From the NCBI RefSeq assembly GCF_947568905.1, contig NC_079170.1, forward strand, positions 36,332,001-36,396,000: a DNA stretch of 64,000 bases, given 5' to 3'. The notes beneath the pieces were generated by a model, which was not told where the DNA came from, made no database searches, and saw only the letters and a list, made by a program, of their open reading frames with translations. How positions within the stretch are numbered: position 1 is the first letter of the stretch; each line of letters starts with the position of its first letter. This document shows positions 27,601 to 36,982 of the stretch, piece by piece. A program made the translations under genes and the position numbers. The stretch is from Ostrea edulis (lineage: Eukaryota).

Positions 27601-30600
27601 AATAAAATACATCATTGTTTTTATACAGAGTCTTACTCCAACTATACACACAAGTTAATATCTAACCATGATATCACAATAGATATATAGCTATTACAAC
27701 AAAATTTCACCATCATCATTTATAACATAACAAAGAAAACTGTATCAGTTCTGAATGGGCTGATGGGACTTGTATTAATTCCTTTTTTTAAATAAATAAA
27801 ATCACTGGTATTAATCATGTGACTGTATGGAAGAGATATGTTGAAACTCAAGAATGACAGTTTTATGCGAGGTTTACTAACCTGACACTCAGTGATTTAA
27901 CTATACCAGCTGGAACTGCGATACTGTTTAATGTCTAATGTTTATTTTACCAGCTTGGAAAGCCATTATTGTTTTGTATGAGTTATATCTATCAGCTTTG
28001 AACTCTAGTGATGCTTTGTGAGTTTAGCCTATTTGGGACTCTAGTGATAATATTTATGATTTAATGTTTAACATAGCTTGATTTTTTTGTGAGGCAAACC
28101 TTCCAGCCTGGGAATCCAATGACAATTTTCACGAGTTTAACCTACCAGCCTGGGACTCCATTGTTGTCTTGGGTTCTGCAGTTTGTCCCCCATCCTTCTC
28201 TACATCGTCTACGACAGAGGCCATGTTACGTTTGTGTCGTCTGCTTGGATTCACCTTCTCCATGGCCAGCAGAAGTTCCAGAGCCTTCTCATCCCAGTTG
28301 TACTTGCTGTTGTTCAGTATCTGCAATGTTAAACAAAATCCTAAACATGCAAATTTCTAACATCCCACTCTTAACTTTCCCTACAACTTGTAACATTTTT
28401 AATCACCATCATGTTTTACACAATTTTTTTTAATTTTGTTTTCACATTAATTTTAATTTTTGCTAGTTACACTGTTACTTTGATGTTAAGACATTGGTTT
28501 CTTACCCTGATGTAAGTGAGCACATTTTCAACAAGAGTGTCAAACACCTCCCACTGCTCAAAGCTATAGGCAAGCTTCACCAGACGAATGGCTCCCTCAA
28601 TGGAACAGCCATCCTCCCCTGAACAAAGAAATAAACAAAACTCAGTCAAAGCTATAGGCAAGCTTCACCAGACGAATGGCTCCCTCAATGGAACAGCCAT
28701 CCTCCCCTGAACAAAGAAATAAACAAAACTCAGTCAAAGATATAGGCAAGCTTCACCAGACGAAAGGCTCCCTCAATAGAACAGCCATCCTCCCCGTAAC
28801 AAAAAAATAAACATAACTCAGTCAAAGATATAGGTAAATACCAGACGAATGGCTCCCTCAATGGAATAGCCATCCTCCCCTCAACAAAGAAAAAAAATCA
28901 AGATTTTACACACTTCTTTATAAAACAACTTCCTTCTATCATTATCATTGCACTTTCTTTAATGCATTATTTTTTTTAATTCACTAACAAAATGATTCAT
29001 CAAGTCACTCCTAAACATTCTTCAGTTGAAAATTGTATGCAGTAAACTCGATATATCATTGTAAATCACAAAAAAAAAACCATATGGGAAAACTCTCATG
29101 CATAGATATATTTAATTCTACAGTGCCAAAATATATTCAAAATAATTATACGTAATTTAAAGATATTGACATAATTATAATTAATATTAGGAAATAACTA
29201 ATATGCAAGGGTTTAATTTCCATGCACTTTTGTGTAATTAACCATCATGTACTGTACAGATTTCCATGTTAACATCAAACAAGCCCATTTCATGAATCAC
29301 TTTTACATGAATGAAAGATTTTACTCATTTTTGTGTGTGTGCAAATAACACCATCCTAAAATGAACCCTAAACACTAAAACAGTGTGGCCACAGTCCACT
29401 ATTGTCCAGCTGGTCAGTACCTTTGGAAGCCATGTCCATGATACTGGAGTCTTTGATGATTCCGGCCAGAGCAGGTAAATGGACGTTGCTGGTCGGCTTG
29501 ATAGATGACCCCCGGTGACCTCCCCCACCTGTAATGTACAAACAAATACACTGAAAGCATTGACCCCCCAGTGACCTCCCCCACCTGTAATGTACAAACA
29601 AATACACTGAAAGCATTAGCATTTCATCACGGATAGATGACCCCCGGTGACCTCCCCCGCCTGTAATGTACAGATAAATACACTGAAAGCATATATCATT
29701 TCATCACGAATAAATTCTTAAATATCTATTATTATAGCTATTTCTGTGTTTAATGAGAAAGATTGCAGTCTTTATGAGTATGATTTATCATACCAATTCA
29801 CAGAAAAATTCCCACTCCAAAGTTACATAATAAAAAATGTAATCTAAGAAAAAAATTGCAGTGCACAAAATTTCTAATAACAATTTTTAACTTTGATGTG
29901 AATTTGGCTAATTTTCAGTGCTTTCCTAGAAGAATTTGATGTTTACAGTGAGATGGAGAACTTATGTTTACAGTCAAATGGAGAATTTGATGTTTACAGC
30001 GAAATGTTGGGTACCTGCTAGAATCTCTTGTCCCGCCATGAAGAGCTCAGCGTACACATCCAGGATTTCTACCTCCGAGTCTGACGCGGGGGGAGAGGTC
30101 AGAAGAATGCGACGATTTGTGTCTGTCAGACTCTCCAGAATACACAGAAACTGAGACCCACTGCCCTCAAACATGTCCGCCAAAAGCTTCTCTGAAGGAG
30201 TGCGGGGCCACGTCAACTGTAAAACAGATCAATTCATTTACTTCACCTTCTGTAAAATCACAATACCTGACAAACCTGTGATACAGCATTCAATCACATG
30301 CTGAAAATTCAGTGATGCAATGAATCACTAGATAACTTAACGAAAACAATCAATAACATCGAAACTTTAGCTTTTTGTCCTTGTTTTCAATGACAGACAG
30401 TTTCTAATGATAAAGAACGGCTGACATCAGATACCTAGGGTTTTCTTACATGAGAGGCTTCCTTGAGGTTAGCTCTTGTTTTGGGCCTCAGTAAAGCCTT
30501 GGGTTTCCTTCTGGTCTCATACACAGATCTCTTAAAGACCATGATGGCCATCTGTAACGAAACAAGTGAATATCTTAGGTGTTTACTGTGACAGTAATAA

Positions 30601-33600
30601 AGCATGTACAAATTGTAAAAAGATTCAAAATAAGAAGTACAAAACACAATGATAATAGCCATTTGCAATAAAACAGATATAAAACAATGTAACTATGTAA
30701 AAGATTCAAAATAAAAAATACTGAGACTAGTTCTGTGGGTGAATAGACAAATGGTCTTTCTGAGAAGTGGAAATTTACGCCAGTTGTACCCTTATAAATA
30801 AATAAAATCATCTGAAACCAACGTCTTCATATCCACGTGTGTATTTCTACCACATGTACATTTCCAACACATGTACATTTCCAACACAGGTAAATTTCCA
30901 ACACAGGTAGATTTCTACTACATGTGAATTTCTATGTCCACAGAATTTAGTCTTATATCTGCATTATTGAACTTTACTGGTATAACAAGTGACAAAAACA
31001 AACTATACTTTGATTTGTATTTTTATCATTACCTTGACAGTGGCTGTCCGGAATGTGATCTCAGAGAGTGGGGTTTCTATGGAGCTACTAAGATTCTCAA
31101 GGTTACTCAGTTCATTGATCTTGGCCAATCCTCTTCTTGCAAAAGCCTGACAAAGTATCATTTTATATAAATATGTGTGATTATGTACCATAATACATGA
31201 TACAAAACATTCAGTGTACCTCCAATCTTTTGTGACATTTAATGCTTTACTCTACTCCAACAAGTTAGAGCCTCTGTTAACATCCCTTATATATAACTCG
31301 CAGCACCAAGTCAAAAGTATCTCACCATGAACCTCTAGCATGCTAGAGTAGCTTTACTCATAACTACATGTATTGTATAACAGCATAAATCTATTTAATC
31401 CTTGTATTAGACTTACCTCTGCATGTTGTGACTGTTTACAGTCGAAGTAGCACTGACACACGGCAGTGTAGAGGGTCGCCCGCCAGGGAAGGTACTTCAC
31501 GGCCAGCAGGGGGACGGAAGTCTCCATACACATACTGGCCCACAGCAGGTACTCCAGGGCCTGTAATTACAGGTCATTCATTACAGGTCTTTACAATTAC
31601 AGGTCACACATTACAATTACAGGTCACACATTACAATTACAGGTCACACATTACAATTACAGGTCACTCATTAAATGGGTAATGAATCATATCAGTAATA
31701 TGTAATAGTAAAAGGTAACTATACTGTGTCTAAAAATTTGAAAGCACACAATATACTGTATATCAGGTTTTTTCCGCGTGTATCCAATTTCCGCTTTGTT
31801 CGCGACGATTTCCAAATCGCGGAATATAAATCCGCGTAAATTTGAAACAAAGTTAGCCTTTGTGATAAAGTTATAAGGCTGATCTACCCTGCACATCTCA
31901 AAGTCTGTCGAAATTCAAAACTATGAAAACAACGGCCTTGATTCCTCGATTCTTGATTTTATTAAATAAACAACAACTCAGGTTTTATTAATTAATCTCA
32001 TCCAATCCTGTGTAGATTATACGTTAACCAGTTGATAGATTGGGTATAATAATTGAGTCAGGGTGACGACTAAAAATGATCACAGCCGAATTATTACCCT
32101 TGCGTTTTAAAACGGAGAGTGTTAGGGACGATAATTCCCAGAATAGCCATGCTCGACTGAAATCGAAAGTAGGAATCGCGTATAATCGAAAAATGTACAT
32201 TCGTTGAATAAAGGTAAAATTTCGTGAAAGCACAGAAAAATGTTGTAAAAATCACGGTTGTTGGTCGCGTTAGACAGTTGGTCGTTTAATACAAGTACAA
32301 TAGATAGGGTAACGCCTTGGGGTGGATTATTACCTTCACATACAGCAGTGAGTCGCTTATTTACTTGAATGTAAAGAAAAGTGCAAAATCGTTGTGTGAT
32401 CAGTAACTCAGAAATCGTGTAAATCGTTTCACTGACTGAATTTTTTGCATTAAAAATTAAGAGTTATACTTGTACCAGCTGGCTTCTTTTATAAGTTTAA
32501 ATAATCGTGAATTATATTTTCACGATGACTTTGAAATAGTGAAAATTTGATTCGCGTAAATTTAATACACTATTTTAGGTTCTGATTCGCAGAAAAAACA
32601 TGACGCGGAAAAAACCTGATATACGGTAGTATTTCTGTCAGTGAGAAGTGCCCTCCTCTGATATATCTTACTATATACCCTTGAGGAGTGCCCTAGTGAC
32701 ATCAGATGTCTGTATTACCTACCCTTGAGGAGTGCCCCAGTGATGTGTTACCTACCCTTGAGGAATGCCTCAGTGACATCAGATGTCTGAGTTACCTACC
32801 CTTGAGGAGTGCCCCAGTGACATCAGATGTCTGAGTTACCTACCCTTGAGGAGTGCCCCAGTGACATCAGATGGCGAGACATACTGTAGATGTGAACTGT
32901 CCCTGTGAGAAATACAAAAACATATTACTGGTCTTCGCACCACTGCTTATCATCTTATCAGGCGATATTCTCCTTTAAAAATAGTCTTAAATTACTTTGA
33001 ATGGTTACTGTCCAATCTAATTAAAATTACATCCTATGATCCACTCATCTTTTATCACTACACATAGGTGTAGTGATAGTAGATGAGCGGATCATAGGAT
33101 GTAATTTTAATTAGATTGGGGTACTGTCAGTACTGATTTGTATAATTTGTTTGGTTCCCTATCCTTTACGGTCAGTACTGATTTGTATAATTTGTTTGGT
33201 TCCCTATCCTTTACGGTCAGTACTGATTTGTATAATTTGTTTGGTTCCCTACCGTTTACTGTCAGTACTGATTTGTATGATTTGTTTGGTTCCCTTACCG
33301 TTGTACACCAGCCAACACAGCGTCTCTTTTGGCAACACGACCTGCATGACAAGTCGTAGGAAATTCAGGATGAGGACACACCTCTCTACAGATTGCTTGT
33401 TCTGGAGTTTGGGGTCACGAGCCTTTACCATCTGGTACATACTGATACTTTTACCCATCAAAGCTCGGAACTACAAATACAAATTGTTAGCTGTTAATGT
33501 CCAGTCATGTCCCAATGAATGAGACTCCCAAGGATTGATCTATAATGTCTAGAAATTATTTTGTCATTGTATTCATAGTAAATAAACTAGTTTTCAAAAT

Positions 33601-36239
33601 GCATGACAAATGTTGTTGTTACCATGTTTACTAAAAACATCACATCAGACTGTCACGTAGAGCTGTAGTAAACAACATGAAACAAACTCACAAAGCTTGA
33701 ATCTTCATGATCATACAGAATAGAATAGAATAGATTTGACTTTATCATCATACATGAAACTCTGATTAATCAAACCTCTCCCCAAGGTCTGTTATCAGAA
33801 GAACACAGCCATTGACAGGTTTAATTTTGCCTAACTGCCAAGTTGGCATGCGAGAGACAGGTTGGTGATTTTCATACATGATTACCAAGAACTGGCTATA
33901 TCCCTTACATGTGAGTCTGGTAAATGGACCCATTTGCAATAAAAATTTGCCTGATTTTTGATACAACAGTTAAGTTGTGCAGTCAGTACTTGACTTGTTT
34001 TGGAATGTTTAAAAAGACTAGTATTATATATATTTTGAAACTATTTTAATGTATATACATGAATCTAAAACCATCGCTTTTTGCACAGGGTTTTGACATA
34101 ATCTGAGTAATTAACTTGAGTATATAGTACAATGTACTTTATAATAGGACTCCTATTATACTATGTACACAAGTTTGCTCAGATTATGTCAAAAGTTAAA
34201 CCTGTGGTTTTTTGTATGCACATGAGTTTTATTTTATTCACATATCGTTATCAACACCTGATGTAAACAATTAAACATATGTACATTTAATCACAAATTC
34301 TTCCAAAATGGCCAAATTTTGTTAACAAAATTCCAAATTAAACTGGACAGGTACTGGACTCTGTACCAAAAAGAGTCAATTACGCACTGAAGAAGCACAG
34401 AGTTAAAGAGAGACAAGCGTTGCCAGAATCAAATATTACTGTGAGACCAGCACTTGTCAGAATCAAATCTTACCGTGAGACCAGCATTGTCAGAATCAAA
34501 TCTTACCGTGAGACCAGCATTGTCAGAATCAAATCCTCCAGGGAAGAACATTTTCTTGAAGGCATCTACGTCTGTGATCTCTTCAACATTGAGGTTCCCA
34601 AAGTGCATCAGATATCTATCATAGCACTGCCAAAGAGCCGTGCTGTACTCCTGTGATGAAATAAAACATTATATTTGATAAATAAAATTCTTTGGATTTA
34701 GAATAAACTGACAGAATATAATAAACATGATTAATTCTTATCATATCTTAAACTACATACAGATGTGTTACATAACACACCTGGGTTTTATTACTTACTT
34801 TCACCAACACTAGGAAATCTCCCACCTCCAGCAGTTTGCTCTGGTAGTATTCTTTAGAAAGCTTGGGCTCATATTTGTTCCACAATTCAAATAGTGTGTC
34901 AGAACTATCAGAAATTAAAATAAATCAACTTTGATATATTATAATATATCAATATGTAATTGAATGAAAAGGAATATCATTTTCTCTTTCTCTCTCTATC
35001 TCTCTTTTCCTCCACCCCTCGCTGGGAATCTGTTACTCAAGCTTTACAGTCCTATTAAATTTGTTAAACAACCTCTTCAATGACACACACACATATATAT
35101 ATATATTTACATTTGCAACTGTTTTCTCCTACATAACACTATTACGAGCAATACGTATTTATTTCTGGATAAATCTACTACGGGGTCAACAGAGGTCACG
35201 GCTGTGCGTATGAACATTTGTTAAAAGTAGGTAACAGGTACTACTTTTACTAAGGCAATACACATCTAGCAATCGCTCTCACTTACTACAGAAATCTATC
35301 AATAGATGAAATCAACATAATAAAATGTATTTCCGGTTTTATTTGCATTCCAAGCAGTGGACTTTCATATGAAAGATATTCTGTGGATATTACTTAAGAC
35401 ATGTAAATTAATTTAAATTCCCATTATCCTATGTGTTAATGACAATCTTTCATCCCAGCGAAGGTATACATGAGATTTTGAAAATACTGTAACATTTTTT
35501 TTTCATGTACGTGTACATTTTTAAGATAAGTCTGTACATTCAGAGTTAGGTGTGTGTTACACATCAGACATTGTAATGATCTTAGACCATCTGATGTCAC
35601 AGCACTGTTGACTTATTGACTACACTGTATGCCATGATTTCCTGTATAGTTGATTCTAAGTCTATAAATTTGTGCAGTGTGTTTTGTGCAGTCTTTTAAT
35701 ATTGCTTTCTTGTTGGCAGCGTCAACACTGGTGCAGGGCATGTGGTGATTACATTTACACAACCCATTTCTTCATTTCCTACAAATATGTACCTTAAATA
35801 TCCCATTATATTTTCACAATCTGTTCTTGTTCTGTGGGGCCCTCCTAATCTCAGCGAGATTCGTCGAGGCTGGATATTTGGACTGACACCTCTTCGCCAG
35901 TCCAAATATCCAGCCTCGACGAATCTTGCTGAGATTAGGGCCCTCCCAAATGATAATCTGAACTTGTCTAATGTAAACTCGTACAAATGAAGAATAATTC
36001 AATGAGTTTACAAACTGACAAAAATAAAAAAAAAATTAGCCAACATACGGTCTGGATGACGGTTCTTCATCTGGCTTTTTATATCCAGGGGCATTTCTTT
36101 TCCTCATGTACCCCATAAACTTCTTGATTTCTTGGTCCAAGGATTGGAAAACAGGATTGTTTTTGTCCTTGCTATAGAAAGTACTTGGCTGACCGCGATT
36201 AGCGACATTCGCCGCGGCACTTCGTAATATCGCTGCCAT
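150..36239 (-). CDS. CFAP54: Cilia- and flagella-associated protein 54, 5' portion (37 exons, 5286 nt, 1762 codons; gene continues past position 1)
   Basis: Hand-assembled GT-AG exons with consistent phases (5'->3' on minus): 36239-36049, 34904-34799, 34650-34507, 33470-33299, 32902-32844, 31560-31417, 31146-31033, 30551-30450, 30216-30015, 29528-29421, 28618-28506, 28320-28146, 27596-27511, 26683-26546, 25808-25676, 24066-23995 (tentative), 22357-22116, 20778-20689, 19450-19169, 19062-18901, 17195-17013, 16653-16561, 16380-16198, 11230-11088, 10951-10804, 10276-10121, 9825-9703, 9182-8858, 8625-8533, 8239-8113, 7463-7343, 6267-6181, 5898-5833, 4889-4798, 2134-1893, 1377-1300, 340-150. Peptides such as DTLFELWNKYEPKLSKEYYQSKLLEVGD, ALEYLLWASMCMETSVPLLAVKYLPWRATLYTAVCQCYFDC, AFARRGLAKINEL, WPRTPSEKLLADMF and LRPNERYVFAVAAYNADG match CFAP54 as I recall it. 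Confidence 0.92.
2620..4815. repeat. 32-bp minisatellite (ATAATTACCTGTACAGGTTGTCAGTGTTATGT) in two blocks (about 2620-2767 and 4002-4815); each unit holds the CFAP54 donor CAG|GTAATT on the minus strand
   Basis: Period of 32 measured at 4026 to 4058. The terminal unit overlaps the end of exon 4889-4798. Confidence 0.9.
2768..4001 (-). mobile_element. Internally deleted non-LTR retrotransposon (5' end/ORF1-like start fused to an ORF2 C-terminus; no EN or RT)
   Basis: ORF 3727-3032 ends in KYRISAHSLNVENGRY...RKCSFCNLQEIEDEFHFVLICP, a typical LINE ORF2 C-terminus. The 3' end is AATAAATAAAC-like. TAGAG direct repeats at 2763-2767 and 4002-4006. It splits a minisatellite in two. Confidence 0.7.
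9471..9690. repeat. 40-bp minisatellite beginning just inside the intron after donor 9703
   Basis: TTAAAGTCTGACCACCGTCCAGTTAAAAGAGGCGTGTATG, about 5.5 copies. Confidence 0.9.
12423..14153 (+). CDS. Nested TRIM-like coiled-coil + NHL-repeat beta-propeller protein (model 12423-12433 + 12737-14153, ~475 aa; no RING or B-box seen)
   Basis: The frame is open from acceptor ttccttctcag|T (12737) to TAG at 14153. It encodes a coiled coil (IEEETEEIELLIIPKYTEEEAQVQQ...WHQEVEEIFNKF) and then NHL-like blades (LTENINGDICASDRN, IASDSIGQVIVADYKNDCLHIMDQNGQF, PTGLSLDKEGRLWV). A candidate first exon ATGTTGGACAG|gtagga gives a matching phase 2. AATAAA at about 14234. The main exon is solid; the first exon is tentative. 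Confidence 0.8.
14520..14640 (-). mobile_element. tRNA-derived SINE-like head (a related copy is at about 27250-27350)
   Basis: The minus strand reads TAGCTTAGTTGGTAGAGCACCTGACTAAAGATTCAGGGGGCTCGGGCTGGAATCC: A box and degenerate B box, no acceptor stem. Confidence 0.55.
14782..15950. mobile_element. Non-autonomous DNA transposon (1.17 kb) with multi-motif subterminal inverted repeats and a 7-bp TSD
   Basis: Left end GG..GGACAACTTGCCCCC with repeated ACAACTCGCCC. Right end has the inverted GGGCGAGTTGT repeats and ends in CC. TTTTAAA flanks both sides (14775-14781, 15951-15957). No ORF. Confidence 0.8.
15985..16165. repeat. 44-bp minisatellite about 30 nt into the intron after donor 16198
   Basis: AAATCTTTATACACCAGGCTGTCTTATGTTCAGGTAAATTTTAC, about 4 copies. 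Confidence 0.9.
17193..17830. repeat. 39-bp minisatellite made of the 3' splice site of CFAP54 exon 17195
   Basis: Unit GTACATCCTGGGAATTAATCAAATAGAGAATTTCATTGT; the minus strand contains TTCCCAG|GATG. About 15 copies. The proximal unit is 38 bp. Confidence 0.9.
18550..18722. repeat. 43-bp intronic tandem repeat, 4 copies
   Basis: TCTCAGTCTACATTGTATG recurs at 18561, 18604, 18647 and 18690. Confidence 0.9.
20944..21254. mobile_element. Degenerate TTAA-flanked (Kolobok-like) MITE with an internal tRNA-like segment
   Basis: Ends GGAGGAATAACAC ... TTATTCCTCC|TTAA. Colinear with the element at 23267-23571. Confidence 0.55.
22780..23030. repeat. ~40-bp intronic tandem repeat
   Basis: ATGACACACCCACTACCA(A/C)ACAAGGATTGATTTGTC recurs about 6 times. 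Confidence 0.85.
23267..23571. mobile_element. TTAA-flanked (Kolobok-like) MITE with an internal tRNA-like segment
   Basis: Ends GGAGGAATGCTACAC ... GATGTAGAGTACCTCC|TTAA. The minus strand has TAGTTCAGTAGG (A box) and GGTTTGAGTCC (B box) at about 23420-23485. Confidence 0.6.
24890..25215 (-). mobile_element. tRNA-derived SINE-like element, near full length
   Basis: The minus strand has GTTCGAGCCCC (B box), a body resembling the 42905 and 52304 family (AAAGAACCCTCACTG...AAGCATAGGTCAAAATTT) and a 3' GGGACACCAAACAAATAAAC tail. Confidence 0.6.
25798..26360. repeat. 23-bp minisatellite made of the 3' splice site of CFAP54 exon 25808
   Basis: Unit GTAAACCCACTGTAATAGAGAAT; the minus strand reads TCTCTATTACAG|TGGGTTTACAT, i.e. 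the acceptor plus the first 11 exon nt. About 17 good copies, then decay. Confidence 0.9.
26770..27190. repeat. 42-bp intronic minisatellite, about 10 copies
   Basis: GGCTGGGCTAACTATCAATCAAATGAAAGCTTCTGTATTATA. It produces the repetitive ORF 26729-27226. Confidence 0.9.
28564..28890. repeat. 88-bp tandem duplications of the acceptor plus the 5' half of CFAP54 exon 28618
   Basis: Copies start at 28564, 28652, 28740 and about 28826. The second is essentially identical, including ttctttgttcag|GGGAGG. Confidence 0.9.
29505..29690. repeat. Triplicated acceptor junction of CFAP54 exon 29528
   Basis: GTGACCTCCCCC(A/G)CCTGTAATGTACA occurs three times, with AG dinucleotides at 29529-30, 29585-86 and 29661-62. 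Confidence 0.88.
31756..32626. mobile_element. TA-flanked MITE (Tc1/mariner-pogo-type termini), 871 bp
   Basis: TA|CTGTATATCAGGTTTTTTCCGCG ... CGCGGAAAAAACCTGATATACGG|TA inverted repeats; no coding potential. Confidence 0.8.
32672..32873. repeat. 44-bp tandem copies of the donor junction of CFAP54 exon 32902-32844
   Basis: Minus-strand unit CATCTGATGTCACTGGGGCACTCCTCAAGG|GTAGGTAA. GT donors at 32843, 32799, 32755, 32722 and about 32678. Confidence 0.9.
33120..33302. repeat. 46-bp tandem repeat starting at the donor of CFAP54 exon 33470-33299
   Basis: The first two units read AACG|GTA(A)GGGAACC on the minus strand; distal units have lost the GT (GGATAGGG). Confidence 0.88.
34420..34533. repeat. 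33-bp tandem copies of the donor junction of CFAP54 exon 34650-34507
   Basis: CTTACCGTGAGACCAGCATTGTCAGAATCAAAT twice, plus a 34-bp diverged third copy. Confidence 0.9.
35845..35938. mobile_element. Short palindromic (hairpin) interspersed element
   Basis: CTAATCTCAGCGAGATTCGTCGAGGCTGGATATTTGGACTG-loop-CAGTCCAAATATCCAGCCTCGACGAATCTTGCTGAGATTAG. Shares ATATTTGGACTGACAC with 47949-48047. Confidence 0.75.
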
Positions 36240-36982
36240 TTTCTTTTACTTCTCCTCTTAATAATCACGAAAGAATATCAATTCAAACATTTTAATTTTC
36301 GCAGACCTCAATCACTGACGCACCGCGTTTCTAGGGAAGAACAATAACTCGTGCAGGCACCTGTTATACAGAAACTTTTAGATAGGAGAAAACATTTCCG
36401 GATATTATGACAGTACACAGAAGATCTAGCAATTCATAACATGCAATCATCCACTATAAATATCAATATCAGAAAATTAATCTGAATTATAATTCTTTAT
36501 GATAATTATATATCACTAATAGCGTGCATAAAAAAAACCCGGGATAAATCGGAATCGAGAAAGCTTTTATTAACTCCAGTCATTCTCCACATGCTTCCGG
36601 CGTGATTGTCGAGGAAAGCAAAGCTACCGGTAATTTGGCATATTTCAGTACAATTTTGTCTCAATCACGTATTGATGTACTAGATTCAACAACTAATATT
36701 CAAATCTCATTGTATACCAGTTCACAGGGATCATAATTTCAGATTAGATGTAAAACAAAAGGTTATTTCTTAGTCGAAGTATATTTCATCATCAAAACGC
36801 AATATTCACGAATGCAAATATTGCCATTGCTCGGTCGATTGTTGGTCAATTCATAGTATTAGAATTTTTCATCAATTAACTGATTAGAATTAATGATATA
36901 TAAAGAGAGAGGAAATACGTCTGAAGGGCTACTTGATAACTTTTCATATTTCAGTGGAGAAGAAATTTTTCAAGATCAAAAA
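36240..36982. promoter_or_regulatory. Probable bidirectional promoter between CFAP54 and ABCF1
   Basis: The start codons diverge 743 bp apart. There is local CpG enrichment (36190-36360, 36540-36630), an ETS-like CTTCCGG at 36594 and an X-box-like GTTTCTAGGGAAGA at 36327-36340. Confidence 0.6.

Noticed and set aside
36893-36982. Upstream ATG as the ABCF1 start
   Set aside because: It lies in AT-rich intron-like sequence before an acceptor at 36954; MPKK at 36983 fits the family N-terminus better.
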